A DNA stretch of 32,000 bases, taken from positions 5,490,001 to 5,522,000 of the forward strand of contig CP104013.1 of assembly GCA_025839675.1 (NCBI GenBank). The letters run 5' to 3'. Source of the DNA: Candidatus Lokiarchaeum ossiferum (GTDB taxonomy: Archaea; Asgardarchaeota; Lokiarchaeia; Sigyniarchaeales; Promethearchaeaceae). The position numbers and the translations under genes were made by a program. Shown one piece after another: positions 8,350 through 17,246 of the stretch (position 1 is the first letter of the stretch; each line of letters begins with the position of its first letter). The notes beneath the pieces are model-generated. The model ran no database searches. It saw only the letters and a program-made list of their open reading frames with translations, and had not been told where the DNA came from.

Positions 8350-11235
8350 TTAGACCACCTTTGTTGCTAAACTTAAATCTTGATTTGCTGCGGATTTGAC
8401 CGAAAGCATCGTTGCAAGTAACATTCCTATAAAAGTGACTGCACTGATGAGCAATAATTCTAATCCTGGAACGATCACAGTTCTTCCTACTACAACAGAT
8501 CCTCCAGTAAACAAATTCATAATAATACTAATAAACTCAAAAACTCCATTGAAAAGATAACTGACCCCTATTCCAATAAAAATTCCCCACACTGATGCTG
8601 TTAACATCATTAAAGCATTTTCTCCAAGGGCCATTTTATAAATATGGCGTTTTTTGGCTCCAATCGATCTTAAAATTGCAAACTCGTGCTTTCGTCTCTC
8701 CATTAAAATTGCAGAAAAAGAAAATGCACTAACTAGAGCTGCAATTAAACTGATTATGAAATTCAACGACAATAAACCTGTTATTCCATATCCTTGTTTA
8801 GTTGTATTAATATCTCCCAATTCGTCTTGAAAAGATCTATGAGTTTTTATCCCAGTAGTGTTTGTATCAAGTTCCAATTGAATTTCACTAATTTTTTCTT
8901 GGGATATTGATGCCCCATCGGTTGTTCGGACAAGATATCTTGTCCCATTTAGATTACTATTTGCAAAATAATCAGAAGACTGATTTAAGCTCTGAGCTAA
9001 AACTTGAAGGAATAATTCTTTCGAAATAAATGTTGTTCCTGAAATTCCTCCTGGTAGCTCGTTTACTATCCCCAGGATGGTAATGTCAGTCACTGTTATT
9101 TCAGAAGAATCAATTCCTGGAAATGAAATATCTATGCTATCTCCTACTTGTACATCGAGTTCAAATAAAACATCAGGATAAACAAAAATTCCTTTGGGAT
9201 TATCTTTTAATGCTTGTAAAGCTTTCTTTGGTGTGAATTTGTTGAAAGTATCTTTTTGCCATAAAGCAATCGGATTACCATTTTCTATATTCTCCAATTC
9301 TTTTAGATTATCTATTGCTGAGATTGCAAATTCGGAGCTATATGTTTGGACTGAAGTTTGGCTTATCGCGATGGAATCGTCGAAACCTGAAATATTTTGA
9401 ATAGTTTCATAATAATCACCTGCACTTTCAAAATTAACTTGCCAATCTGCTCCAATTTCCCATTCTATTTTTCTTTGTGCCAAAGTCTCATCTGTATTTC
9501 CTTGTATCGTCGCTAAGGATGCAATCGATAAAGTCATAATTATGATAACTGCTAATCGTTCAATATCGCCACGACGTTTTAATCCAGATTTAATTACATT
9601 TTTTACATCCTTAAACATAGGAAGTCGCAAAAATACACCTTCTAATTTAAGCGGTAACCATTTAACGATACGGGATCCTACAGAACTACCTCCAATCCAG
9701 AAGAGAAAAGGGGTGGTAATATAGATCAAAATATTGATTCCGATGGGGATTTGGACTTGAAGATTAAGTAGATCAATTGCTACTAAAACAAGTCCAGATA
9801 AACTGATAATAAAGAAAACAATATCCAATTTATGGCGCTTGAAGAATTTTTGTTTTTTGATCTCCCGGCGGGATACTCCTTCGGTTACTTCTTGATTGAT
9901 GAAGCGTTTTCCTTTTTTGAAAGTCACTATGATCAGAATTAAGCTAACAAGACAAAAAGGTAAGAAAAATGCCGTAGAATCGAACCTGAGGTAGTCAAAG
10001 AAGTTACTATTTGCGGATAATTGTATTTGCATAAATCCGGCGATGGAGCTTATTATCCACGCTGAGATAATGCCTAAAATATATCCTAATACCGATCCCA
10101 CTAATAAAGTTAGGAATATTTCATTTTTTAATTCTGAAAAGATCTGCTTCCCACTGGCCCCTTGTACCTTCTTTATTGCAATTAGCCTCCTTCTTTCTTC
10201 TAAAGACATTTCTAGACCAAAATTTAAAAGATAAAGAGATAGTAGTATTACGGGAATTGCTAATACTATATAGAGTATTGTGATGAGTACACTAATCACT
10301 TGGAAGAACATGATTGTACCTCCAATCAAATTATTTCCATAAGTGTCAAATCCTTCAATATCTCGTGAAATTTGGTTAATAAACAAATTGAGTTCTTTAT
10401 TGAAGGTTGCTGGATCACCAACTGAAAATTTAGTCACATCGATTTTAACCATAACATGAAGACTGCCTTCTTCTATGAGAATTTGGTTAATATCTGTCAT
10501 ATTTGATTCCGTTAATAGATCGAGGGATAAATATATATTGTTTCCATCAATGGGATTTCCAAAACCTATAAGATCGTCGGGAAATGAGGGTTTGTAAGAT
10601 CCTACAATAGTCAAATTGGCTAAAGTCCCTACTTCATTATATGACTCTTCTGCTTCTTCATCCCAAACCCACTCAGAAAAGTTTAAAGTATGGAGTTTGT
10701 CTCCAATTTTCAAACTGAATTCATTTAATAAACCTTCGGAGACAATAACAGATTGACCTGACAAATTTGCATTTCCTTTGAAATCCATTGACAATAAGGT
10801 TTCACCAATCGATTCGGTGAAGTAATCCTCATCTACAAAATATGTTCTGAAACCACCATAAAGAAATTCACTCGAGTTCTTAGGATCTATTGAAAATACA
10901 TCTGCTGAACTTCGTCCAATGATTGTGGCATCAAGTGTCCTGTCATCGTTTTCTATTGCAGCTGAAAGTGTCGCTAAATTTTCATATGATGAATTTGAAC
11001 CTTGAATACTGAAATCTACCTCATAGGGATAATTTTTGACCATGCTTTCATAATTATTCTGCTTCAATTCAGCATTATAGAGAATAATTCCCGACAATAG
11101 AGTCATTGATAGCACAATTCCAGAAAGCATTGCTAAAGATCGGCGTTTATTTCGGAATATAGCGAAAAACGTGTTGGGAATTGTTTCTAAGGGAATTCGT
11201 TTGTGAAATTCTATTTTTTTATCATTATTTTTCAT
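8350..11235 (-). CDS. ABC transporter permease, fused double FtsX/MacB-type with two large extracytoplasmic domains
   Basis: 961 aa. The N-terminal anchor is followed by an ectodomain of about 260 aa. Two FtsX-like segments are present: IAIKKVQGASGKQIFSELKNEIFLTLLVGSVLGYILG and FAILRSIGAKKRHIYKMALGENALMMLTASVWGIFIG. A GGTGAT SD-like site lies in the 11-nt gap after the upstream ATPase stop. Confidence 0.9.
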   Translation of the reverse strand: MKNNDKKIEFHKRIPLETIPNTFFAIFRNKRRSLAMLSGIVLSMTLLSGIILYNAELKQNNYESMVKNYPYEVDFSIQGSNSSYENLATLSAAIENDDRTLDATIIGRSSADVFSIDPKNSSEFLYGGFRTYFVDEDYFTESIGETLLSMDFKGNANLSGQSVIVSEGLLNEFSLKIGDKLHTLNFSEWVWDEEAEESYNEVGTLANLTIVGSYKPSFPDDLIGFGNPIDGNNIYLSLDLLTESNMTDINQILIEEGSLHVMVKIDVTKFSVGDPATFNKELNLFINQISRDIEGFDTYGNNLIGGTIMFFQVISVLITILYIVLAIPVILLSLYLLNFGLEMSLEERRRLIAIKKVQGASGKQIFSELKNEIFLTLLVGSVLGYILGIISAWIISSIAGFMQIQLSANSNFFDYLRFDSTAFFLPFCLVSLILIIVTFKKGKRFINQEVTEGVSRREIKKQKFFKRHKLDIVFFIISLSGLVLVAIDLLNLQVQIPIGINILIYITTPFLFWIGGSSVGSRIVKWLPLKLEGVFLRLPMFKDVKNVIKSGLKRRGDIERLAVIIIMTLSIASLATIQGNTDETLAQRKIEWEIGADWQVNFESAGDYYETIQNISGFDDSIAISQTSVQTYSSEFAISAIDNLKELENIENGNPIALWQKDTFNKFTPKKALQALKDNPKGIFVYPDVLFELDVQVGDSIDISFPGIDSSEITVTDITILGIVNELPGGISGTTFISKELFLQVLAQSLNQSSDYFANSNLNGTRYLVRTTDGASISQEKISEIQLELDTNTTGIKTHRSFQDELGDINTTKQGYGITGLLSLNFIISLIAALVSAFSFSAILMERRKHEFAILRSIGAKKRHIYKMALGENALMMLTASVWGIFIGIGVSYLFNGVFEFISIIMNLFTGGSVVVGRTVIVPGLELLLISAVTFIGMLLATMLSVKSAANQDLSLATKVV

Positions 11236-11246
11236 GAGATTATCAC

Positions 11247-11990
11247 CTAAAGAGCTGTTATTTCCTCCAATTCTTTTTCTACTACTCCGTCACGCAAGAT
11301 AAAGACTTGATCTGAGGCGTGGGCTAGACTAACATCATGGGTTACCATTAAAATCGCTTTTCCCATTTTTGCGAGATCTTTAAAAAGTTCAATGATTTCT
11401 AAACCTGTTTGAGTATCCAAATTACCGGTAGGTTCATCGGCAAATAAAATGAAGGGGTCGTTTGCTAAAGCACGAGCTATTGCAACGCGTTGTTGTTGTC
11501 CTCCTGAAAGACCGTCGGGAAAATGATCCGCACGATCTTCCAATCCTACAATTCTTAGTAATTCTTTTGCCCGGTTTTCTGCCTCTTCTTCATATACTCC
11601 TGCTAAATTGAGGGGGATAATAACGTTTTCCAGCGCGGTTAGATTGTCAATTAATCCGAATGACTGAAAAATCCATCCGATGTGTTTCGATCTCATTTCG
11701 GTGAGTGAATCATCATCTAAATCATTCAGTATTGTATCCTTAATAGATACGCTTCCCGTTGTACTTTTAAGTAATCCTCCAACAATGTTGAGTAAAGTTG
11801 ATTTTCCACTCCCAGATGGTCCCATCAGTGCAAAAAAATCACCGAGTCTCATCTGAAAATTAATTCCCTTCAAAACGTAGACTTCATTTCGTTTTCCTTG
11901 ATTGAAGATTTTCTCGACATTTTGAACGATTAAAATATTATCGGCGGGTGTTGCTGTATTTTCCATGCTACACCGACCTGTTATTCCCAT
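11247..11990 (-). CDS. ABC transporter ATP-binding protein (MacB/LolD-like, canonical length)
   Basis: Walker [11 protein letters not shown]-loop IGWIFQSF, signature LSGGQQQR, Walker [14 protein letters not shown]-loop MVTHD. An alternative ATG at 11966 (MENTATPAD) is possible. Confidence 0.9.
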   Translation of the reverse strand: MGITGRCSMENTATPADNILIVQNVEKIFNQGKRNEVYVLKGINFQMRLGDFFALMGPSGSGKSTLLNIVGGLLKSTTGSVSIKDTILNDLDDDSLTEMRSKHIGWIFQSFGLIDNLTALENVIIPLNLAGVYEEEAENRAKELLRIVGLEDRADHFPDGLSGGQQQRVAIARALANDPFILFADEPTGNLDTQTGLEIIELFKDLAKMGKAILMVTHDVSLAHASDQVFILRDGVVEKELEEITAL

Positions 11991-12099
11991 TTTTTATGTG
12001 ATACATTTCCGTTTAGAACTCCAAAGTTCAAATTAAATTTTTTTGGCATTTTTCATAACTTGAAAAATATAACTATAATAAATCGAGGTTATTAAAAAG

Positions 12100-12120
12100 T
12101 ATTTTCACCAAGTGAAAATA
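12100..12120. promoter_or_regulatory. Perfect 9-bp inverted repeat in a divergent promoter region (candidate operator)
   Basis: TATTTTCAC-caa-GTGAAAATA lies midway in the 230-bp gap between the divergent ABC operon (starts 11990) and the membrane-protein/ArsR pair (starts 12221). TATA-like AAATTTAAAT elements lie on both sides. Confidence 0.35.
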
Positions 12121-12220
12121 TTTGCAAATTATGAATATATTTTTAAATAACGAAATAATTAAAACAAGTACACCCAAATTTAAATAGTTTAATATTTTTT
12201 AGAAAGCTAGTGGTGAGCCC

Positions 12221-13087
12221 GTGGACGCAAACATTGAACAAAACTCAGATAAAATATCTTCAAAAGAAATCCTTTCATTATCCTTTGAACTATTACGAGA
12301 TTATTTTAAACCCTTAACTGGCACCTTTATGATTGCATTTTTAGCATCAATCATAGTTTGGATATTATCTTTCCTTTTATCTGGTAGTTTGGGCATTTTA
12401 CTCTATTCCGATTCCTTTTATTCTTTCAATTATCTTTTAAGTGGTTTGATCACATTTGCATCTATCCTGCCGGGGTTTTTTGTGCTGTTTTCTTTTATTG
12501 GGAGTGGGTTTGGAATGACTTCTGAAATATTAACTGGAGGAGATTATTTTGTAGAACTCAAATCTTCTTTTTCCTACTTTAAAAAGCATTGGTCAGGATA
12601 TTCTGGATTTGCAATGATCTTTATCTTAATTTCGATTTTGATTTCGTTAATCATACCGGATTCATGGTATTTTTCTGGTAGAATTGTTCATGCCGTGTTA
12701 GCTTTTGTAATTACTTCGATTGCAGAACTTCTTACTATTTCAATTCTGGGCTTTGCTCCTGTCGCTCTTTCTCAAGATAATTCTTTTATCAAATCAATTT
12801 CTATTTCACTAAAGATATTTAGGAAGTATGGATGGAGCATTATCAAAGCTGTGGCTTTATTAATACTTCCGATTGAAATCTTCAGCTTTCTTTATGGGGA
12901 TGTTGTTGTTTTATTCCTTCAGCCAAACATCTGGGCAGAAATTTATTTCTTTTCTTGGTTTGTATTGCTCCTTGGGTTATTTTTTATCTACCTTCCATTG
13001 CTGATAATACATTTAACGATTCTATACCAACGATTTATGAAACCAGTTAAAGAGATGGAAAATACTCTCGGAAATACTAAAAAATAA
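12221..13087 (+). CDS. Polytopic membrane protein of unknown function
   Basis: 288-aa ORF with a GTG start preceded by GGTGA 5 nt upstream. It has six to seven hydrophobic helices by eye. The downstream regulator gene starts 16 nt after its stop. Confidence 0.75.
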   Translation: MDANIEQNSDKISSKEILSLSFELLRDYFKPLTGTFMIAFLASIIVWILSFLLSGSLGILLYSDSFYSFNYLLSGLITFASILPGFFVLFSFIGSGFGMTSEILTGGDYFVELKSSFSYFKKHWSGYSGFAMIFILISILISLIIPDSWYFSGRIVHAVLAFVITSIAELLTISILGFAPVALSQDNSFIKSISISLKIFRKYGWSIIKAVALLILPIEIFSFLYGDVVVLFLQPNIWAEIYFFSWFVLLLGLFFIYLPLLIIHLTILYQRFMKPVKEMENTLGNTKK

Positions 13088-13103
13088 TAAATGTGATTTA
13101 AAA

Positions 13104-13406
13104 ATGGCGGCTTTTGAACCCGAATTACAAAAAGAATTCACCGAACCGGATGTTGTTACTTGTTTATTTCATGATAAGCGGCAGCAGATTTTATCGGTTT
13201 TAATCAGTGAAGAAATGACTGTGTATGATTTGAAAACAGCATTGAAAATGAATCCGGGAGTTGTTAAACGTCATATAGATTTGTTACTTGATCGCGGGTT
13301 AATTAAACAAACACGTACGGATCAAAATAAAATGGGTATGACACTAAAATATTATCGGGCTGTGGCAATCAAATATATTGTTCATTTAGAGTGGAAAACT
13401 CCATAG
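13104..13406 (+). CDS. ArsR-family winged helix-turn-helix transcriptional regulator
   Basis: 100 aa. The core LFHDKRQQILSVLISEEMTVYDLKTALKMNPGVVKRHIDLLLDRGLIKQ has the ArsR/SmtB-type HTH layout followed by a wing (MTLKYYRA). Confidence 0.75.
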   Translation: MAAFEPELQKEFTEPDVVTCLFHDKRQQILSVLISEEMTVYDLKTALKMNPGVVKRHIDLLLDRGLIKQTRTDQNKMGMTLKYYRAVAIKYIVHLEWKTP

Positions 13407-13414
13407 GTGTTCTA

Positions 13415-13422
13415 TTTTTTTT
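13415..13422 (+). terminator. Oligo-T (T8) terminator after the regulator gene
   Basis: T8 run 9 nt after the stop at 13404-13406. Confidence 0.35.
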
Positions 13423-13547
13423 CTGTTCCCTTTAACATGCCATCTAAATTTTTCAAGTTGTTTATTTAACATTTGCTCCCTTAGGTTTTTTATCAAATAC
13501 TATCGTGTAAACCTTTTTGAAGTTGGACTTTCTTAAATGTAATTGGG

Positions 13548-13886
13548 GTGGGTAACATGACTAAAACCGTTTTCAAAATGAAACCAAAACAAAGAAAAAA
13601 GGAAGGACTACAGAGATTAAGTGGAAAATTAGCTGAAAAACTAGGTGCAGATGCACACATTCTTCAAAATCTCAGTAATACTGCTTTGAAGAATTTTGAA
13701 AAAAAAACTCATGTGCGAGTTATGAATCTCTTCTTAACAGAACCACATCAAGTTTCGTGTGTCATACCTCTCATGATGAATTTTTTTGAAACTGAGTTTG
13801 AGCAGATTTTTTCAACTAAAGGAGATTTAGATCAAGCCTTGATTATCACCAAAAATGGTTTGGAAGAAATGTATGGAATTATTTGA
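13548..13886 (+). CDS. Small hypothetical protein with a basic N-terminus, predicted mostly helical
   Basis: 112-aa ORF from GTG. The ATG at 13557 (MTKTVFKMKPKQRKKEG) preceded by GGGGTG is the more likely start. It is followed by T5 and T9 runs at 13914-13928. No recognisable domain. Confidence 0.5.
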   Translation: MGNMTKTVFKMKPKQRKKEGLQRLSGKLAEKLGADAHILQNLSNTALKNFEKKTHVRVMNLFLTEPHQVSCVIPLMMNFFETEFEQIFSTKGDLDQALIITKNGLEEMYGII

Positions 13887-14095
13887 AAATCTCGAAGGAA
13901 TTTCTTGCTTCAATTTTTCTTTTTTTTTCAGTTTCTCGCATTTTTAACTAGATCATGCTATAGAATGATCAACATTTTTTTTTCTACACCTTTCTTATTT
14001 CTCTTCATTTCGATCTTTATCTTGGGATCTTAGGTCCCAAGTAATAACGTACGGAAAGAAAAGCGTTAATTTAATACTGATCGCAATCTCTAAAA

Positions 14096-15127
14096 TTGAT
14101 TGTTCCTTATTCTTATTTGAGCATTATGCCTGAAAACCTCTCGTTTTATCCCCGCAAATTGAAAAGTTACCATTACGATTTCATTCGTCTCACCAATGAA
14201 AAATCTGGCAGTGATTTAATTGAAGTTATTAGGGATATTATTAAGGATATTAAAACCCGTGGATATGACCAAGCGGGTTGTTTTAAAGAATACATTAAAA
14301 CGCTCGAAGGTTTGATTCATGAAATTGAAAGTAAGAGGAAAGGAAAAAACCGAGAGTATGATCCCTTTGCTATCAAAAGATCAGGGGATGCTCGCATCGC
14401 ATTGTTTGGAATGACAAATGTGGGGAAAAGCACATTAATGAATGCCATTACAAATTCAAAATCTAAAACAGGGAATTTTTCCACAACCACTATATCTGCC
14501 TTGGGGGGAACGTGTATTTATGAAGGAGTTCAGATTCAGTTAGTAGATTTACCTGGATTTGTATACGATAGGGATGATTGGAGGCTCAATAAACAAATCA
14601 TTCGGGTTTCAAGGACTTCCGATGCAATATTGATGGTAATCGAGTTATCTTCCGAAGTGAAGGCGCAATATGATTTTCTCGTGGAACAATTACAGAAAGC
14701 CGAAATCATCATGGATGGTGAACCCGTTGTTCCTATTAAGATTATTGCTACGAAAGGGGATTTAGCATACTCCAAAGATTATTATGAACTCTTGAAATCC
14801 TTTAGTGCATATGATATTCTCCCAATCACCATTAAAAATGAAAAATCACTGGAAGACTTGAAAAAGGATTTATATGACCTCATGGAAATCATGAGAATTT
14901 ATACAAAACGGCATCACCACAAACCCGATTTAGACAGTCCGATGGTGTTCCAGAAAGGTGCAACTGTCGGGAAAGTTGCCCGAAAAATTCATAAAGACTT
15001 CTTCAACAATTTTGATTATGCCATAGTTTGGGGAAAATCTGTCGAATTCGATAACCAACGAGTGGGTATTGAACATGAACTTATGGAAGGTGATATTGTC
15101 GAAGTTTTCTTAAAATCAGAAAAATAA
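14096..15127 (+). CDS. Divergent DRG/Obg-family GTP-binding protein with a C-terminal TGS domain
   Basis: FAIKRSGDARIALFGMTNVGKSTLMNAIT (G1), FSTTT (G2), DLPG (G3) and TKGD in place of NKxD (G4). The C-terminal MRIYTK..PMVFQKGATVGKVARKIHKDFFNNFDYAIVWGKSV..QRVG..GDIVEV is TGS-like. The ORF-track start is TTG at 14096; the ATG at 14126 (MPENLSF) is an alternative. Confidence 0.8.
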   Translation: MIVPYSYLSIMPENLSFYPRKLKSYHYDFIRLTNEKSGSDLIEVIRDIIKDIKTRGYDQAGCFKEYIKTLEGLIHEIESKRKGKNREYDPFAIKRSGDARIALFGMTNVGKSTLMNAITNSKSKTGNFSTTTISALGGTCIYEGVQIQLVDLPGFVYDRDDWRLNKQIIRVSRTSDAILMVIELSSEVKAQYDFLVEQLQKAEIIMDGEPVVPIKIIATKGDLAYSKDYYELLKSFSAYDILPITIKNEKSLEDLKKDLYDLMEIMRIYTKRHHHKPDLDSPMVFQKGATVGKVARKIHKDFFNNFDYAIVWGKSVEFDNQRVGIEHELMEGDIVEVFLKSEK

Positions 15128-15213
15128 CGTTGACTTGTACTTATATAGGCTAAACTTAACATTGAATTCTTATTAATCTAACTAAAATAGAAAAAAAGTA
15201 ATTTATAGTGATT

Positions 15214-16527
15214 CTACATCCTTTTTGGAATTTCTACAGTGGGTGATGTGTGTGTTTTTGCTTTCTTATTCATTTTTATTAACACAAGTGCTGCAATGGT
15301 TCCAATTATGGCATTGACAATCATAAAACCAAAGACTAATCGATATCCTAAGAGACCCGGATAGTTATCAACAAGAGCTCCGACAGTGGAATATCCATAA
15401 ATTTCTGGAAAATAGCAAAGGAACGATAATAGTCCTGCTGCAGTTCCCGATAATTTTTTGGAAATGTTAAATTCATCAATAAGGGCGAACACGGAAGAAT
15501 AAGCGCAGTAATAAATGAGCCCCGCAACTAGTATATTAATTAAGAAAATCACTAAGTACGCTGGATCACCTGGAATAAGTAAATAAATTCCACACGTGAG
15601 AATTAAACCTATTAATCCAAATAATGCATATTTGGTTTTTGACGAAAATTTATCTGAGAAGAATGTTGCCACTAAGCCTCCTAATAGAAATAAAATGGAT
15701 ATGCTAAATGTTCCAACTAACGCTGCATTAGTTTCTGACAGTTCCATGATTTCCGTTAGGAACGGTACCATCATTCCCGATCCAATTCCTATAGAATATA
15801 AACAAAGAACCATAATACCAGCGATCCACATACGAGGCATCTTTAATATTTTCTTCATATCTGCAATAGTAAATTTATTTTCTTCTAAGATTTTTTCATC
15901 TTCCGCTGACTCAAAAGTAGATTTTGATCCAATTTCAATCAAATTTTCATCTTTTAGAACGAACCAGCAGATTACGCCGAAGATAATATTTACGCTGGAA
16001 TAAAAAATAATGGTTGCTTGAAGTCCGACAACTCCTTCCCCGAAACCACTGAAAATGGGAATGGAAATAAAACCAAGTATTGTTGCTCCTAATGCTTTAC
16101 CTACCTGCCACAGACCAAATAATTTTCCTTGTTCACCACTCGGTCCAAGTGCATGAACAATTTTAATCACTGCTGACCAAAATGTAAAGACCGTCGTGAC
16201 TGCCCATAATGCGTGAAGAGCCATGATCATGGCAAATGATGGGAATGTTGCATAGTAAAAACCGGTTATTCCTGTGATAATTAGCGAAAAAGTAATCAAT
16301 TTTCGTGCAGAAAACTTATCTGCGGCCCATCCGCTAGGTAAATATAAAATCATATTTATCAGCCCATAGATCCCCATGAGCAAACCTAATTGTGCATTCG
16401 TTGTTCCTGTGGCATCAATTAGTGCGTCATAATATTGTTGCCGTATGTATGGTAATAAGTAAATGGATTTTGCAACAAATCCCAGCAAAAAAAGTACAAG
16501 GTACTTTTTAATAATTTCATTTTTCAT
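15214..16527 (-). CDS. Major facilitator superfamily transporter
   Basis: 437 aa with about 12 hydrophobic helices, a central cytoplasmic loop (SAEDEKILEENKFTIADMKK) and an MFS-like loop motif (GWAADKFSARK). An A7 run (T7 on minus) follows the stop. Confidence 0.8.
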   Translation of the reverse strand: MKNEIIKKYLVLFLLGFVAKSIYLLPYIRQQYYDALIDATGTTNAQLGLLMGIYGLINMILYLPSGWAADKFSARKLITFSLIITGITGFYYATFPSFAMIMALHALWAVTTVFTFWSAVIKIVHALGPSGEQGKLFGLWQVGKALGATILGFISIPIFSGFGEGVVGLQATIIFYSSVNIIFGVICWFVLKDENLIEIGSKSTFESAEDEKILEENKFTIADMKKILKMPRMWIAGIMVLCLYSIGIGSGMMVPFLTEIMELSETNAALVGTFSISILFLLGGLVATFFSDKFSSKTKYALFGLIGLILTCGIYLLIPGDPAYLVIFLINILVAGLIYYCAYSSVFALIDEFNISKKLSGTAAGLLSFLCYFPEIYGYSTVGALVDNYPGLLGYRLVFGFMIVNAIIGTIAALVLIKMNKKAKTHTSPTVEIPKRM

Positions 16528-16829
16528 TTTTTCTCCCCTTGAAAGGTTTTTATTAATATATTTACTGCAATTTACGAATTAACTATAAATTTTGCCATGA
16601 GTACTAAATTCAATACGAGTCACGGTATGTATGACAGATTGAATTTATCTTATTTAAGTCAATTTAAATGATTTTCCGTGGAAAATTTTTCAAACTCCTT
16701 TATTATCCTCCGGTAAATAGCGGTAAAAATAAAAGAACATTTCCTAAATCCTAAGAGAAAAAAAAGAAATATTTTGAAGTGATTTTTGGTATTCAATATG
16801 TGGTATTGATGGATATGCAATATTTTCAT

Positions 16830-17057
16830 TCAAATACTATCAATTTTTATCTTGCTTTTTGGATCTACATCTTTGCTTTTATCATTTTGAATTTTCTGCA
16901 CCAGACCTACAATTGCTGAGGTCCATAATACTCCAGAAAGTAATACTCCCGACCATATCGGTTGATTAAAAAAAATTATCAAAATTATACCACTAAATCC
17001 TAGAAGGAAAACCAAAATAATCCCAGGTGTGGATTTTGGTGTATTGAGTCTTGCCAT
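16830..17057 (-). CDS. Small two-helix membrane protein, unknown function
   Basis: 75-aa ORF with ATG start, two clear hydrophobic helices and a Lys/Asp-rich tail. Confidence 0.45.
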   Translation of the reverse strand: MARLNTPKSTPGIILVFLLGFSGIILIIFFNQPIWSGVLLSGVLWTSAIVGLVQKIQNDKSKDVDPKSKIKIDSI

Positions 17058-17246
17058 AGGGAATATGTTTTTTTAGTAATATTTAAACTTCTAGGTGTCC
17101 AGCATATTGAGAAAATACTCATTAGTAACTCTTCCATATTGGAAAGGATATTATTAAGCCAAAAAAATTATAGATCTTAGCCAATTTCTGATTGAAATAC
17201 GAGAAAGAAAAAATAGAAGGCGCGATTTTTAGCTTGGAGATAATAT

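Noticed and set aside
7724-8399. Four plus-strand ORFs (7724-8020, 7797-8006, 8057-8296, 8070-8399) of 69-109 aa
   Set aside because: They lie entirely antisense within the strongly motif-supported ABC ATPase gene. Their composition is low-complexity and they have no motifs, so they are typical shadow ORFs.
9194-10234. Plus-strand ORFs 9194-9400, 9542-9724 and 10043-10234. The same reasoning applies to 3107-3313, 4473-4688, 5794-5985, 14536-14775, 15596-16003, 17459-17743, 19098-19310, 27547-27741 and 29105-29326.
   Set aside because: All are short ORFs embedded in, and mostly antisense to, long well-supported genes, and none has a motif I recognise.
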